Positions 1-13,364 are shown, numbered from the whole stretch's first letter. The stretch: DNA of 33,073 bases, filler included, from 12 parts of 12 records of this genome joined end to end with filler, not necessarily neighbours in it; one strand, 5' to 3'. Numbers and translations: made by a program. The notes: a model not told the origin generated them from the letters alone.

Positions 1-886
1 GGGGTACCACTACGCCTTCACGCGGCGCTTCAGGATTCGGCGCTGGCAGATTCATCAACTTCGCCAGAATGCTCGCCAGTTTCAGGCGCATTTCCGGACG
101 ACGGACGATCATGTCGATCGCGCCTTTCTCGATCAGGAATTCACTGCGCTGGAATCCAGGCGGCAGTTTTTCGCGAACGGTCTGTTCGATAACACGCGGA
201 CCGGCAAAGCCGATTAACGCTTTCGGTTCAGCGATGTTGAGATCGCCCAGCATGGCGAAACTTGCAGAAACACCGCCCATCGTCGGGTCGGTCAGCACGG
301 AGATGTACGGCAAGCCGCGCTCCTGCATTTTTGCCAGTGCCGCAGAGGTTTTCGCCATCTGCATCAGCGACATCAGTGCTTCCTGCATACGTGCGCCACC
401 AGAGGCGGAGAAGCAGATCAGCGGGCAGTTATCTTCCAGCGCCTGCTCAACGGCACGCACGAAACGTGCACCCACAACAGACCCCATTGAACCGCCCATA
501 AAGGCGAACTCGAATGCCGCAGCGACAACCGGCATTCCATACAGAGTGCCTTTCATCACCACCAGCGCATCTTTTTCGCCGGTTTCTTTCTGCGCAGATG
601 CCAGACGGTCTTTATACTTCTTGGAGTCACGAAACTTCAGCACATCTTTCGGCTCAAGCTCGCTACCCAGCTCCACAAGGCTTCCTTCATCTAACAGGCT
701 ATGCAGGCGATTACGCGCTGTCATACGCATGTGATGGTCACACTTCGGACAGACCTCAAGATTACGTTCCAGCTCAGCGCGGTATAAAACCTGACCGCAG
801 CTATCACACTTAGTCCACACCCCTTCAGGAATGCTCGCCTTGCGGGTGGGAGTAATGTTGCTTTTAATTCGTTCAATCCAGCTCAT
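1..886 (-). CDS. accD: Acetyl-CoA carboxylase carboxyltransferase beta subunit (3' end cut by window edge)
   Basis: ATG at 886 reads [37 protein letters not shown] (C4 zinc ribbon) ..[19 protein letters not shown]. It has no stop in the window, so it is absent from the ORF track. Confidence 0.98.
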
Positions 887-1041
887 TAGGGACCTTTCTG
901 TCTGAACCTGGTTCGATGCCAGTTTTATCTTTGGGGACGCATAATGCCATTTTTGCCCCCAACAGACCATGAATGTTGCACATTAAAACATAACAGCCCG
1001 AAACTTTGGATAAAAAAGTGGTCGAACCGCGGAGTTACTTT

Positions 1042-1701
1042 TTATTTTGCGGCGCGTGCCGCAGCGCGTTTGTGACGGATTATTTCGATGACGCCCGGCA
1101 AAATAGAAACCACAATAATCCCGACGATCAGCAGCTTAAGGTTATCCTGAACCATCGGGATTGTACCGAAGAAATAGCCTGCGTAGGTAAAAAGCAGTAC
1201 CCACAACAGTGCGCCGATCACGTTATAAGCGGCGAAATGACGGTACGACATGTGGCCCATTCCCGCAACAAACGGGGCGAACGTTCTGACGATCGGCACA
1301 AAACGGGCGAGAATAATCGTTTTGCCGCCATGTTTCTCATAAAACTGATGGGTTTTGTCGAGATAACTGCGACGGAAAATTTTCGAATTGGGATTACTGA
1401 ACAACTTTTCACCGAACAACCGCCCGATAGTGTAATTGACCGCGTCACCCACAATCGCGGCGATCAGCATCAGCACCACCATCATATGGACGTTGAGATC
1501 GTTGGTTTCCAGTGATGCCAACGCTCCGGCAACAAACAGCAATGAATCACCCGGTAAAAACGGCGTTACCACCAGACCGGTTTCACAGAACAAAATTAAG
1601 AACAAAATGGCATAAACCCAGACGCCGTACTCCGCGACCAGCTCTGCCAGATGCACGTCAATGTGCAGGATAAAATCGATGAGGAAATAAATCAGGTCCA
1701 T
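1042..1701 (-). CDS. dedA: DedA family inner membrane protein
   Basis: 219 aa with [19 protein letters not shown] and [10 protein letters not shown] motifs; lies between truA and accD as in E. coli. Confidence 0.98.
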   Translation of the reverse strand: MDLIYFLIDFILHIDVHLAELVAEYGVWVYAILFLILFCETGLVVTPFLPGDSLLFVAGALASLETNDLNVHMMVVLMLIAAIVGDAVNYTIGRLFGEKLFSNPNSKIFRRSYLDKTHQFYEKHGGKTIILARFVPIVRTFAPFVAGMGHMSYRHFAAYNVIGALLWVLLFTYAGYFFGTIPMVQDNLKLLIVGIIVVSILPGVIEIIRHKRAAARAAK

Positions 1702-1728
1702 ATTTGCCTATGCCTTGTACTCGTCATC

Positions 1729-1763
1729 TTTCAGGCTGTAACTACGTTGGCTACAGCCTGAAA
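1729..1763. other. 12-bp perfect inverted repeat (hairpin) in the truA-dedA intergenic region
   Basis: TTTCAGGCTGTA-N11-TACAGCCTGAAA; possible terminator or mRNA stability element. Confidence 0.6.
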
Positions 1764-1783
1764 TGTTCCGAGCATTATTCTCG

Positions 1784-2569
1784 TTAGTCCGCCAGAAATA
1801 GCGGGCCCATTGGCGGTTTTGGAAGATCATACCGGTCAGGGTAATCCACCGCGACCAGATACAGCCCTTCCGCTTTTGCCGTTGCTGCCGCCAGCGTTCT
1901 GTCCTTTGCCGCCAGCAACTCTGCTATCCAGCTCTCCGGCTGGTTGTGGGCACCGACTTCCATCAGGCTGCCGACAATATTCCTGACCATATGATGTACA
2001 AAAGCATTCGCTTTAATATCTACCACCACATAAGGACCGTGACGCGTGACATTAATATGCATAACGTTGCGCCACGGGGTTCGGGACTGGCACTGCACCG
2101 CACGGAACGAGGTGAAATCATTCTCGCCCAGCAAGCATTGCGCAGCCCGATGCATCCGTTCAGCGTCCAGCGGTTCGTAAAAATGGGTTACCCCTTTACT
2201 CAGTACCGCCGGGCGCAGCCGATGATTGTAGATGATGTAGCGATAACGGCGAGCCGTGGCGCTAAATCGGGCATGAAAATCATCAGGTACAGTTTTAACC
2301 CAACGCACAGCGATGTCACCAGGTAAATTCGCATTTACGCCCAAGGTCCACGCCGCGTCTTTGCGCAGCGCGGTTGTTTCGAAATGCACAACCTGCCCGG
2401 TACCGTGTACCCCTGCGTCAGTACGCCCGGCGCAGAAGACGGTGATGGGTTCGTTCGCCACCTGGGAGAGCGCCTTTTCCAGCTTCTCCTGCACACTGCG
2501 GACTTCGTTCTGCCGTTGCCAGCCGTAATACTTACTGCCGTCGTACTCAATGCCCAGCGCAATTTTATA
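1784..2569 (-). CDS. truA: tRNA pseudouridine(38-40) synthase (5' end cut by contig edge)
   Basis: Frame is open to the contig end ([18 protein letters not shown]); catalytic [10 protein letters not shown] motif and [14 protein letters not shown]. Confidence 0.98.
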
Positions 2570-2669
2570 NNNNNNNNNNNNNNNNNNNNNNNNNNNNNNN
2601 NNNNNNNNNNNNNTTAATTAATTAANNNNNNNNNNNNNNNNNNNNNNNNNNNNNNNNNNNNNNNNNNNN
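2570..2669. other. Artificial contig-joining spacer N44-TTAATTAATTAA-N44 (first of 11)
   Basis: Identical spacers at 2570-2669, 8264-8363, 10579-10678, 13265-13364, 15440-15539, 18434-18533, 20631-20730, 23232-23331, 25770-25869, 27972-28071, 30676-30775. Most flanking genes are cut mid-frame. Confidence 0.99.
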
Positions 2670-2761
2670 GTGTTGTTATATTTTTATCTTGTACTTTTTT
2701 TCAGGTACTGAATCATTTTTAATTCATAATCTGCAACCCAATTTATAAAATAAATAGTCAT
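2670..2761 (-). CDS. waaS: LPS core biosynthesis protein WaaS/RfaS, 5' fragment
   Basis: ATG at 2761 reads [30 protein letters not shown]; very AT-rich; directly downstream of waaP as in the K-12 core type. Confidence 0.88.
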
Positions 2762-2797
2762 AATAAAGTTAGTTCCAGTACATACTAATAAATATTT

Positions 2798-3595
2798 TTA
2801 TAATCCTTTGCGTTGTGTTCGCTCTTTAATACGCTCGGCCTTAACGCTTGCCATGTTCAATAAATTCTGTTCAAGAGACAATATTTTGCGTAAAGGCATC
2901 CCAAAATAAACCTTCATAAATCGCCAGATATCTCTTTGCGTCAGGCCAATATTCATTGATGAGAAATATAAACCAATCAGGTCTTTATCGCGCCAGCGGC
3001 GCGGTACTTTTGCACGTATCTGTGCCCGATGCAGATCGATAACTGAAATTTTTAATTCATCTTCCCGGCCAGTAAATGGCAAATGAAGCAAAAAGTGGCA
3101 AATGTAACAGTCGCGGTGATTTATCCCTGCAGTATGCATTTTACGCACCATAGTTGCTACACGTGCGATCAGCATACGCTTAACACGTATATCAGGCGGG
3201 TTGACTGCCCAATCGGCACAATAATCTTCAAGGCTAATTGTGGGAGTGAGATCTTCGGTAATAATAAATGATGCGCGAGTTAATGGATTTAACCCTTTTT
3301 CGCCAAACCCAATGCCCTTCATTGTATCAACGCCAACATCACTCAGGCGATGAATAGCGTGCCACTCTCTGTCTGCGCCCAAAACGGGCATCCGCAATGA
3401 GAGTAGATTTTTTATAATCTCTTTTAATGTCGTCCCCTTGTGCCATTTAAGAAAATAGCTTTTCCCGGACAGTTCAAAGCGTAATGTACGACGAGTCTCC
3501 AGTTCACGAAAGACCTCGCCGTTCAGTTTTTTGACCTCTGCAAAAGCATCTTTACCACGCCAAAGTGTGGCAAGCGGCTCTTTTAATTCAACCAT
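2798..3595 (-). CDS. waaP: LPS core heptose(I) kinase
   Basis: 265 aa; kinase-like [11 protein letters not shown] and IDLHRA motifs. Confidence 0.97.
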
Positions 3596-4712
3596 CTAAA
3601 CCACCTGTAATGATATCCGCGGCTTTTTCTGGCAAGCTATACAAATCCTGAGTATCGGCATAATGGCGAGCATTCTCCGCCCAGGCCATTCGCAATGGCG
3701 ACTGAGTTAACGCTTTACGTAAAACTTCATTTAATTGTTCCTGAGAGAAAGGTTCAGCGATGACCGTTCCACAATTGGCATCCGCAATATAATGCGCGTA
3801 CCCACATACCGCTGTTGTTAAAACAGGTAACCCAGCAGTGATCGCTTCTAGAAGAACGATACCCGCGGCTTCCTGATAAGCGGGATGCAGTAATAAATCA
3901 GCGGCTGCCATTAATTCTGACACATCATTGCGACCGGAGAAGAAATGCACATTGCTCCGCACGCCGAGTTTTTCTGCCAGCGCTTCAAATTTTCGCGGCT
4001 TATCCTGACCAACAACAAATAAAAGCGTATTGTGACGTAATGATTCCGGTAACGATGCCAAAGCTTCAATTGAGCGATCTACACCTTTACGGCCAAAATC
4101 TGATCCAACCTGCAGTAATAAGTTTTGTTGCTCTTTTATGCCATTTTTCTGGCGATAAATTTCACGGCTGTTTGGGATTTGCTCACTGTATTTTCTGTCC
4201 GGATAAATACCGGGAGGAAGAATTTGAAAACGTTCAGGTTCAGTTTGATAATGCTTCTGGAAATCGGCGATTTGCTTATCGGTCAGCATCATAAGTTTCG
4301 TCGATTTACCCTGCTCGAAAGTCGCTCGCTCAAATGCGGCATAATGGCGATATCGTGATGTTAAACGATATAAAAAACCTTTTTCTTGCGCAACTTTCTC
4401 GGCGTAACAAACATCAGCGGCAAAATAAACATCCAGGCCAGGCATCTTATTAAACCCAACAACGCGATCTGCGGGATGCTCTTTGAGATGATTTTGTACC
4501 CAGGCATAATATTCTGCATTGCGTCCATGGTTGGTATGGGACTTAACTGGCACCTGAATAAGCTCAAATGCTTTCGGGCAATCGCCTTCCCACGACTGTG
4601 TATATACCCGAACATGGTGGCCCCGTGCGGCAACTGTTGATGCAATGCGCATAAAGTCACGTTGAAGCCCACCAAATGGAAAATATTTATATAAACAAAA
4701 CGCCACGATCAT
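3588..4712 (-). CDS. waaG: LPS core glucosyltransferase I (GT4)
   Basis: 374 aa; [13 protein letters not shown]-terminus and [12 protein letters not shown]4 motif. Confidence 0.98.
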   Translation of the reverse strand: MIVAFCLYKYFPFGGLQRDFMRIASTVAARGHHVRVYTQSWEGDCPKAFELIQVPVKSHTNHGRNAEYYAWVQNHLKEHPADRVVGFNKMPGLDVYFAADVCYAEKVAQEKGFLYRLTSRYRHYAAFERATFEQGKSTKLMMLTDKQIADFQKHYQTEPERFQILPPGIYPDRKYSEQIPNSREIYRQKNGIKEQQNLLLQVGSDFGRKGVDRSIEALASLPESLRHNTLLFVVGQDKPRKFEALAEKLGVRSNVHFFSGRNDVSELMAAADLLLHPAYQEAAGIVLLEAITAGLPVLTTAVCGYAHYIADANCGTVIAEPFSQEQLNEVLRKALTQSPLRMAWAENARHYADTQDLYSLPEKAADIITGGLDG

Positions 4713-5779
4713 AATTGTGCATTCCTGTCAGCTGAAGGGGCATCTTCTGGCAACAGCTTTTCCGTAGCGGCGATCACATCCTCCGCTGGGATAACAGAAA
4801 GATATTTTTTGTTGCGGTCAAGTTCATGCCGGGTCGGCATTTTCTGATAATTCCCCGCCCAGAATTGAATAATATTCTCGGTCCAGGGACGCCAGAATAC
4901 GTGATCCGTTGCACCAAATAGACTAATGACTGGCGTTTTCACTGCCGCTGCAATATGTCCCGGCGCAGAATCCACACCAATAAAAAGCACTGCATGATCA
5001 ATTAATGCACCCAGTTCAGGAAAACGTGTTTTACCTGCAAGGCCAGTAATGGGTTTTGTTTCGCAACCTCGTGCAATCTCATCTACACAAGCGAGATCAT
5101 CTGCCGAGGGCCCACAGGTTAGCACAACCTGATAGCCTCGCTGTTGCAGCGCATCGATAACCTTAGAAAATTTATCGTTATCCCAACACTTAAATATCTG
5201 ACGCGCTGTCGGTTGGATGACAACATAATGATCTTTTACGCCCAGGGCATCTAATTCCCGGCGCATCTTCTTCCAGCAATCTTCGGCGTAACTCATTGTT
5301 GTGTCGGTGTAGAAATCGGTAATACCTAATGGCTCAAGGACCGATAAATTACGCTCAACAATATGTGTACCGTGTATTGGCGCTAAGTGTGTGAAGCTTT
5401 TTTTCCAAATACCATGCTGCCGATGACCATAAAGTTGCGATATTTTCATCCGTGCAGGTAAACAACGTACCAGCAGCGCCACCATCCACTGATCCGTAAG
5501 ATTAATGACCAGGTCATAATTATTCGCACGCAGAGTTTTTATCAACGAAAGCACATTTTTAATTTTATCGAAAGTTCCCGCACCTTTATTGCTTATCCCA
5601 TAGAGCGCATTAATTTCCGGGTTTTCAGACAAAATAGGGATGGTGTCCTGATAAAGCAGCATATCGATTTTTGCATCAGGATAATTCTGCTTGAGCGTAC
5701 TGATGACAGGAGTAGTTAATAACATATCCCCATGATATCGCATCTTTATGACCAGGATTTTTCGAAATGGCTTTTCCAC
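4709..5779 (-). CDS. waaQ: LPS core heptosyltransferase III (GT9)
   Basis: RYHGDMLLTTP and GVDSAPGHIAAA GT9 motifs; start is either GTG 5779 or a downstream ATG. Confidence 0.96.
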   Translation of the reverse strand: MEKPFRKILVIKMRYHGDMLLTTPVISTLKQNYPDAKIDMLLYQDTIPILSENPEINALYGISNKGAGTFDKIKNVLSLIKTLRANNYDLVINLTDQWMVALLVRCLPARMKISQLYGHRQHGIWKKSFTHLAPIHGTHIVERNLSVLEPLGITDFYTDTTMSYAEDCWKKMRRELDALGVKDHYVVIQPTARQIFKCWDNDKFSKVIDALQQRGYQVVLTCGPSADDLACVDEIARGCETKPITGLAGKTRFPELGALIDHAVLFIGVDSAPGHIAAAVKTPVISLFGATDHVFWRPWTENIIQFWAGNYQKMPTRHELDRNKKYLSVIPAEDVIAATEKLLPEDAPSADRNAQL

Positions 5780-5824
5780 TAGCGACTCTTTTGTGTGATT
5801 GTCTGGTTAAGTTAAGCAGAAAAA

Positions 5825-5865
5825 AGCACGCTACCGCCCCAGGCTCAACAGCTACCTGAATACTG
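5825..5865 (-). promoter_or_regulatory. JUMPstart element with ops (RfaH recruitment site) in the waaQ leader; overlaps the region giving the RirA sRNA
   Basis: Minus strand CAGTATTCAGGTAGCTGTTGAGCCTGGGGCGGTAGCGTGCT; ops GGCGGTAGCGTG at 5827-5838. Confidence 0.93.
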
Positions 5866-6184
5866 ATAACGCACTTACTTTGACGTGCTAGTGTATCATT
5901 TCTTTCGCAGCAATCCGACCCGAATGATTTTTATACACAAAATATACTTTAATCATAAAAATCAAATAGATAAAAAATAGCATTTCGATAATGTCAGTAC
6001 GGCCTATGTAGATTTGAAAATGGGGCCGAGTTTCAATGAATCGCATAAAAATACAAAAAAAATGAAGATGTAGCGGCAGATCAGACCAAACTGAAGCTAT
6101 TTAAGTCAAAAACGGGAAAAGTAATGGTAAAGCCACAGCTAAATACATAGAATCCCCAGCACATCCATAAGTCAGCTATTTACT

Positions 6185-7949
<1,765 letters not shown>

Positions 7950-7956
7950 CGTTTAT

Positions 7957-7978
7957 GCCGGATGGTATGCCATCCGGC
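7957..7978. repeat. REP-like palindrome between convergent coaD and mutM
   Basis: GCCGGATGG-TATG-CCATCCGGC, a perfect 9-bp stem resembling the REP core GCCGGATG. Confidence 0.7.
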
Positions 7979-7987
7979 GCGCATGAA

Positions 7988-8263
7988 TTACTTCTGGCAC
8001 TGCCGACAATAAAACGTTGCCCGCTGCGCATGTTTAGTCGCCACAATCGGCGTACCGCACACCCGACACGGCTCACCTTTTCGCCCGTAAACCTGCAATT
8101 CCTGAGCGAAATAGCCCGGTTTACCATCACTTTGCAGAAAATCTTTCAGCGTTGTACCACCCTGCTCAATCGAACGCAGCAACACCGCTTTAATCACCCG
8201 AGCTAACAATTCACACTCTGCCAGCGACAGTGATGACGCCAGCCGATCCGGATGGATCCCCGC
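7988..8263 (-). CDS. mutM: Formamidopyrimidine-DNA glycosylase, 3' fragment
   Basis: [36 protein letters not shown]-terminal zinc finger. Confidence 0.97.
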
Positions 8264-8363
8264 NNNNNNNNNNNNNNNNNNNNNNNNNNNNNNNNNNNNN
8301 NNNNNNNTTAATTAATTAANNNNNNNNNNNNNNNNNNNNNNNNNNNNNNNNNNNNNNNNNNNN

Positions 8364-8577
8364 TGTGTATGTGTGTGTGTTTGTGTGTGCGTGAGGATGT
8401 GAGTGAGTGAGCGTGCGTGTGTATGTGGGTGTTCTGTGTGTTGTGTGTGCTGTTTCTTGTTTTCCTCATGTGTGTTAACTGTGTCTCTACGCACGCGTCC
8501 GTGTTAGTGCTGCCTCTGCTGAGTGGTATATCCTTCCTATGTAACAACGTGTGTGCGTGTGTGTGTATGTATGTGTT
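8364..8577. repeat. Degenerate (TG)n microsatellite-like intronic sequence of the eukaryote
   Basis: TGTGTATGTGTGTGTGTTTGTGTGTGCG.. upstream of the first TRAPPC8 exon; similar TG/CA tracts at about 18550-18800, 20090-20330 and 32410-32470. Confidence 0.8.
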
Positions 8578-8588
8578 TCGGACTGCAG

Positions 8589-10578
8589 GTAACACACATC
8601 ATTCTCTTCATGCGGGATGTGATTATCAACAACGTGCTGCCCTTTCTGCGCCGGAAACTGGAGATGCTGTACAGCGAAGTCGAAACAAACAGGAAAAAGT
8701 TTAAATTTCAGATTCAGTCGTGGTGGGGCTCGTCGAAAAAGCCTGCCAAAGGAGCCGAAGGGACCGGGTATGCTGTTCGATATGTGAGTAGGGGGCGCTA
8801 TGGTTGGGGTGTGTGTCCTTGTGTTGCGAAAGTTCGTGGACGGTCGTTCGGTTGGGGACTGCACACAGAGAGGAGGTTGCGTGAACGTGGCCACTTTGCG
8901 CCTTCTCGCGGTTGCTTACTGCCTGCGTGCAGGTATCCCGTGCATTCGGAGGAGATGAAAGTGCGGCGGCTGGCAGACCTGGCATTCTTTCTGCAGCACT
9001 GGTACGTGTGGGCGGGTGCTAGTCTACTTTTTTGTGATGGCGATTGTCACCTGTGTTGCATTTGTTGTCTGCTTGTTTTTTCTTCCTTTCGCTGTTAGCT
9101 TCGGACCTCTCTTTCTTTGTGAGTGGTCACCGCCGTTCTGATTTCTTTGTGCGCTTTTTGCGGTGTAGGAGGCTAGCCCGTGAAAATTATGAAATCGTTT
9201 CCAATGAATTCAAACAAGAGCGCGCGCTCAAGTACTATGCGGGCGCTGAGGTGCGCACCGTGATTCAACGTATTTTGTATACCTCCTCGTGTTTGTTCTG
9301 ATTTTGTGCGTTGGTACGATTGAGCTGTTCGTGGAGATCAGTCTCGTCTGTGTTGCGTTGGATCCGGTAGTATTGTGTTCTTCATTTGTGCGTATGTGCA
9401 CATCTCTCAGTGCACTCACCACCACCACTGTGTGTAACAGGAAATGCTGGGTATCACGCTCTATATGCTGGACGCCTCCCGCAAAGACTGCGAGCTCGCT
9501 ATGGACCAGGCCTTCTCCAACTACCTCAATGCAGGCTGCAAATACCTTAGCACGCGTGTCACAGTCACCGTGGCCGAAATCTTCCGTTCCCGTAACATGC
9601 ATCGCGAGGCAGCGGGTGCCTTTCTGCGTGCGTCCTCTGTGGAGAGCGACGATGTGCGTGCTGCACTCCTCATCGAGCAAGCGGCGCTGTGCTTTCTGAC
9701 ACTCACCCCGTCGCACTACCGCAAGTTTGCCTTCCATTCGGTGCTGGCGGGGCATCGGTTCAGTAACGCAAAGCAGAGACGACACGCCCTGCGATGCTAC
9801 ATGCTCGCGCTCACATGGTACGCGATGTTTGTCTACGTTCTTTGTGTGTATGTGCTTGCATACCTCATCCGTGCAAAATCTCTTCACCGCATAGTGTAGC
9901 GCGACCCCCGCGTACCTTGTATCTGAATTGTGCGTCGCAGTTATGAGGGCAAATCGTGGGGTCTGATTGAGGACCACATCAACTTCACGCTGGGGCGGCT
10001 CTGTGCGCACCTGCAAGAGCTCGAACACGCGGTGGGATTCTTTGTTCGGCTGCTCGGGGAGTCACAGCAACCGGTGGCGCGACAGAATACGTTCTTGCAC
10101 GAGTTTTTGTACCTTGTTAAGGTATCGCTTTCTCGCATTGTCATTCCCTGCGGCTGCTGTTCTTTTCCTCTTCTGCGTTGTCAGTGTAGTTGTGCGTCGT
10201 TCGTAGTCGTACGCGCTTACACTGCGCTTCTTCGTGCAGACTCTCTTGGGGGAACATGGCAAAAGGGAGTTTCTGCACCTCCCACTTCCTCGCGTCAACA
10301 CGGAGGAAATCACGATGTACGTGTTCGCGGATTTTTTGTTCGTGCTTATGTCTGAGTGGGTCAAGGCCCGGATGGGAATTTAACAGTTGCGTTCGCGGTT
10401 ATGAGTTGTATAACAGTTTGTGCGTGCGGACTTGTAGTGTCTGTGTTTGTGGTATTGCATGCCTGGTGTCTCGCACACATACGTATAACTGCGGTGTAGA
10501 TTTCTGCGTGACTCGCCCGTGGACACGAGCCCCGAGTGGGACGGCCTCAAGCAGCTCTTTGAAACCTCGCCCATCATG
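8589..10578 (+). CDS. TRAPPC8: Eukaryotic TRAPP III subunit TRAPPC8/Trs85, internal fragment, 7 exons
   Basis: Exons 8589-8767, 8933-9001, 9169-9250, 9441-9817, 9941-10121, 10240-10316, 10500-10578; all introns GT..AG and all phases match. The product includes VRRLADLAFFLQHW..YYAGAEEM..RAALLIEQAA..RKFAFHSVLAGHRFSNAKQRRHALRCY..YEGKSWGLIEDHINFTLGR..QNTFLHEFL, matching TRAPPC8 motifs as I recall them. Confidence 0.92.
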
Positions 10579-10678
10579 NNNNNNNNNNNNNNNNNNNNNN
10601 NNNNNNNNNNNNNNNNNNNNNNTTAATTAATTAANNNNNNNNNNNNNNNNNNNNNNNNNNNNNNNNNNNNNNNNNNNN

Positions 10679-10707
10679 CCTGTGTCCATATTACGTGGGT
10701 AGGATCA
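10679..10707. mobile_element. IS3: IS3 terminal inverted repeat (contig breaks inside the IS)
   Basis: Minus strand TGATCCTACCCACGTAATATGGACACAGG is an IS3 end; its TGA supplies the stop codon of yaiT. Confidence 0.92.
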
Positions 10708-12165
10708 ATCAGCCCCCCACCCAGTAGATTCGGTCAACGCAACAGTACTGTAGGAGTTAATAGTCAGATGATCGGTATCAACGTAGCCATCTTCACCAAT
10801 GTTCAGCGAAGAACCGTTAGTTAAATCGATAGTATCTGAAGTTAATTTAGATTCCGAAACATTAACCTGAGAACCATTATTAACTGTCAAGGTATCAACG
10901 ATGGAACGACCTGTAGTATCCCATTCAGAACCGTTATTCAACGCTACGTTAAATACACCGCTCTGGAAGACCTTGTCATCAACAACACGTTTCCAGTCAT
11001 TGTTTTCATATGTTGCATCAGGAGTAAGGCTGTTTGTAGCAACATCATACATTGCTGACGTTTCAGCAACGTTATAAATTGCCTGACCAACCCACTTGCT
11101 TCCGTTATCGAGAGTGAGATTTAGTTCATCAACGTTGAGGCTATCATCAGTCCAACCCCCGTTGGTATCTTTCACCCCGTCACCGTTGGAATCATGACCA
11201 TTCGGATCAAAATTACTATTCCAGGTGCTGGTAAAGGCAACATCACCCATCAGCGTTGAATTGCTGAGGAATACATTGTTCTTCATCGCATAGTCGGAAC
11301 CTGAAGCAGTAAAGGACATTGCAACATCACCCGGGCCAGCATAATCACTCGGTTCATCAGAATTGCCAAAGTGACCAGTTTTGCCATAAGTATTGCTATC
11401 CAGGATATAATTTGAACCCGAAGTCACTGTGGAATCTTTTACAGAGATATTGTTATCCCAAGTATGAGATTCGGTAGTGTAGGTTTCGTTGTAAGTATTA
11501 CCTTGAGATAATGCAATACCTGCAACGCGGGAGTTATTGGAAATATTGATGTTACTTTCTACATCAAGATTAACAGCAACGCCTTCACTTGTATCAAATG
11601 TCTCATTTGTGTGCTTGGTTACATCACCATCTTTATAAGAATCAGTGAAGTAAAGAGCTTCATAATCATCATCAATAGTAGTGTTAGCAATGTTCAAAGT
11701 GAAAACATCACCATCACGCCAGTGTGTATCAACAACCGCATCAGTGTAAAAATCATATCCACCCAGATTATTACCATCTGCATCAAAACGATCATAATAA
11801 CCGCCAGGCAGCATAGAAGTAATCGAACCGTGAATCACTGAATTACTGATATCAAGCTGATTAGCAGTACTGTCTGCATAATCATGGTTCAAATAATAGG
11901 TTGAGATCGTGCCGTTAACGGTATCGCCGTTAAAGGACTGATCGAAATCACCATTGGTGTTGTTGTAATAGACAAAACCACTATAGTTTACATAGTTGCC
12001 ATCTACAGTGCCTGCCTTATCCATATGATCCCAATCAAGTGCTGTAACGGGATTATCGATATAAGTCCAGGTATCATAGTTTGCTGCATTAGCCTGAGAG
12101 GTGATAGCCAGAGTGCAAGCCAATGCTAATTGTGATACTACAAGTTTCTTTTTCCAGGAGTGCAT
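10705..12165 (-). pseudogene. yaiT: Autotransporter N-terminal (passenger) fragment interrupted by IS3
   Basis: Signal peptide MHSWKKKLVVSQLALACTLAITSQANA, N/D/T/S-rich beta-helix-like passenger, no beta-barrel; ends exactly at the IS3 end; divergent from hemB. Confidence 0.93.
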
Positions 12166-12688
12166 TTGTCATCCCTCCTCAGGGACGTAATAAGTTGATC
12201 CATCAATTATCAATGCATAGAAAACATATTATGTTTCGCGCTAACGATTATGCTGCGTTACAGACGAATGGTTCAATTATTCTTTCCCCTAAGTCCGAAT
12301 GTGGACATATATAATTTATGGAGAAAAACACGCATCAAATTCATAAAAGCACAGTATTTCAACATGTTGCAGATAATTTTGTTTTTGAAGCATACGCATA
12401 ATAAATATCACAAACACAAACCAGATAAATATCCTATGAATATGCAACAAAGTTTTAATTATTCAATTTATAGCAGCGCAACCAAACTCCAAAAAATAAT
12501 AACCAACAGCTATAAATAAAGATTAAAAATATTTTCAGTGAATATAAAATTATTGCTGTTTCTATTAAAAAGATGTCCTGGCCTCTCTTCCATTCTCTTC
12601 TTGTCAACATCGCGACAACTTTCGTAAAACATCCCTACCCTGCTTCAGGTATACTATGCCCCTCGATTCCACAAACATCAGGCAGACC

Positions 12689-13239
12689 ATGACAGACTTA
12701 ATCCAACGCCCTCGTCGCCTGCGCAAATCTCCTGCGCTGCGCGCTATGTTTGAAGAGACAACACTTAGCCTTAACGACCTGGTGTTGCCGATCTTTGTTG
12801 AAGAAGAAATTGACGACTACAAAGCCGTTGAAGCCATGCCAGGCGTGATGCGCATTCCAGAGAAACATCTGGCACGCGAAATTGAACGCATCGCCAACGC
12901 CGGTATTCGTTCCGTGATGACTTTTGGCATCTCTCACCATACCGATGAAACCGGCAGCGATGCCTGGCGGGAAGATGGACTGGTGGCGCGTATGTCGCGC
13001 ATCTGCAAGCAGACCGTGCCAGAAATGATCGTTATGTCAGACACCTGCTTCTGTGAATACACTTCTCACGGTCACTGCGGTGTGCTGTGCGAGCATGGCG
13101 TCGACAACGACGCGACTCTGGAAAATTTAGGCAAGCAAGCCGTGGTTGCAGCTGCTGCAGGTGCAGACTTCATCGCCCCTTCCGCCGCGATGGACGGCCA
13201 GGTACAGGCGATTCGTCAGGCGCTGGACGCTGCGGGATT
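12689..13239 (+). CDS. hemB: Porphobilinogen synthase (ALA dehydratase), 5' part
   Basis: [28 protein letters not shown] (zinc site)..[10 protein letters not shown]; cut by linker sequence at 13240. Confidence 0.98.
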
Positions 13240-13264
13240 CGTAATAACTTCGTATAGCATACAT
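13240..13264. other. Partial 454 Titanium paired-end linker (loxP arm + spacer); library artefact
   Basis: CGTAATAACTTCGTATAGCATACAT: loxP 13-bp arm ATAACTTCGTATA plus spacer GCATACAT at 13244-13264, preceded by CGTA as in the linker. Confidence 0.93.
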
Positions 13265-13364
13265 NNNNNNNNNNNNNNNNNNNNNNNNNNNNNNNNNNNN
13301 NNNNNNNNTTAATTAATTAANNNNNNNNNNNNNNNNNNNNNNNNNNNNNNNNNNNNNNNNNNNN

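Noticed and set aside
69-734. Long antisense/alternate-frame ORFs (e.g. 69-734, 15665-16801, 24375-25031, 27147-27824)
   Set aside because: Shadows of well-known genes on the opposite strand, with no recognisable motifs.
9228-10028. 266-aa minus-strand ORF and other Cys/Val- or His/Thr-rich ORFs in the eukaryotic contigs
   Set aside because: Antisense to TRAPPC8 exons or translations of TG/CA tracts; the spliced models explain the sequence.
8264-10707. Horizontal transfer between E. coli and a eukaryote, or a novel composite operon
   Set aside because: Every bacterial/eukaryotic junction is an artificial spacer, and the bacterial parts look like unaltered K-12.
13244-13264. Engineered Cre/lox scar or P1 prophage lox site in hemB
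   Set aside because: It has the linker-specific CGTA flank, lies at a contig end and interrupts a gene needed for haem synthesis; a library linker explains it better.
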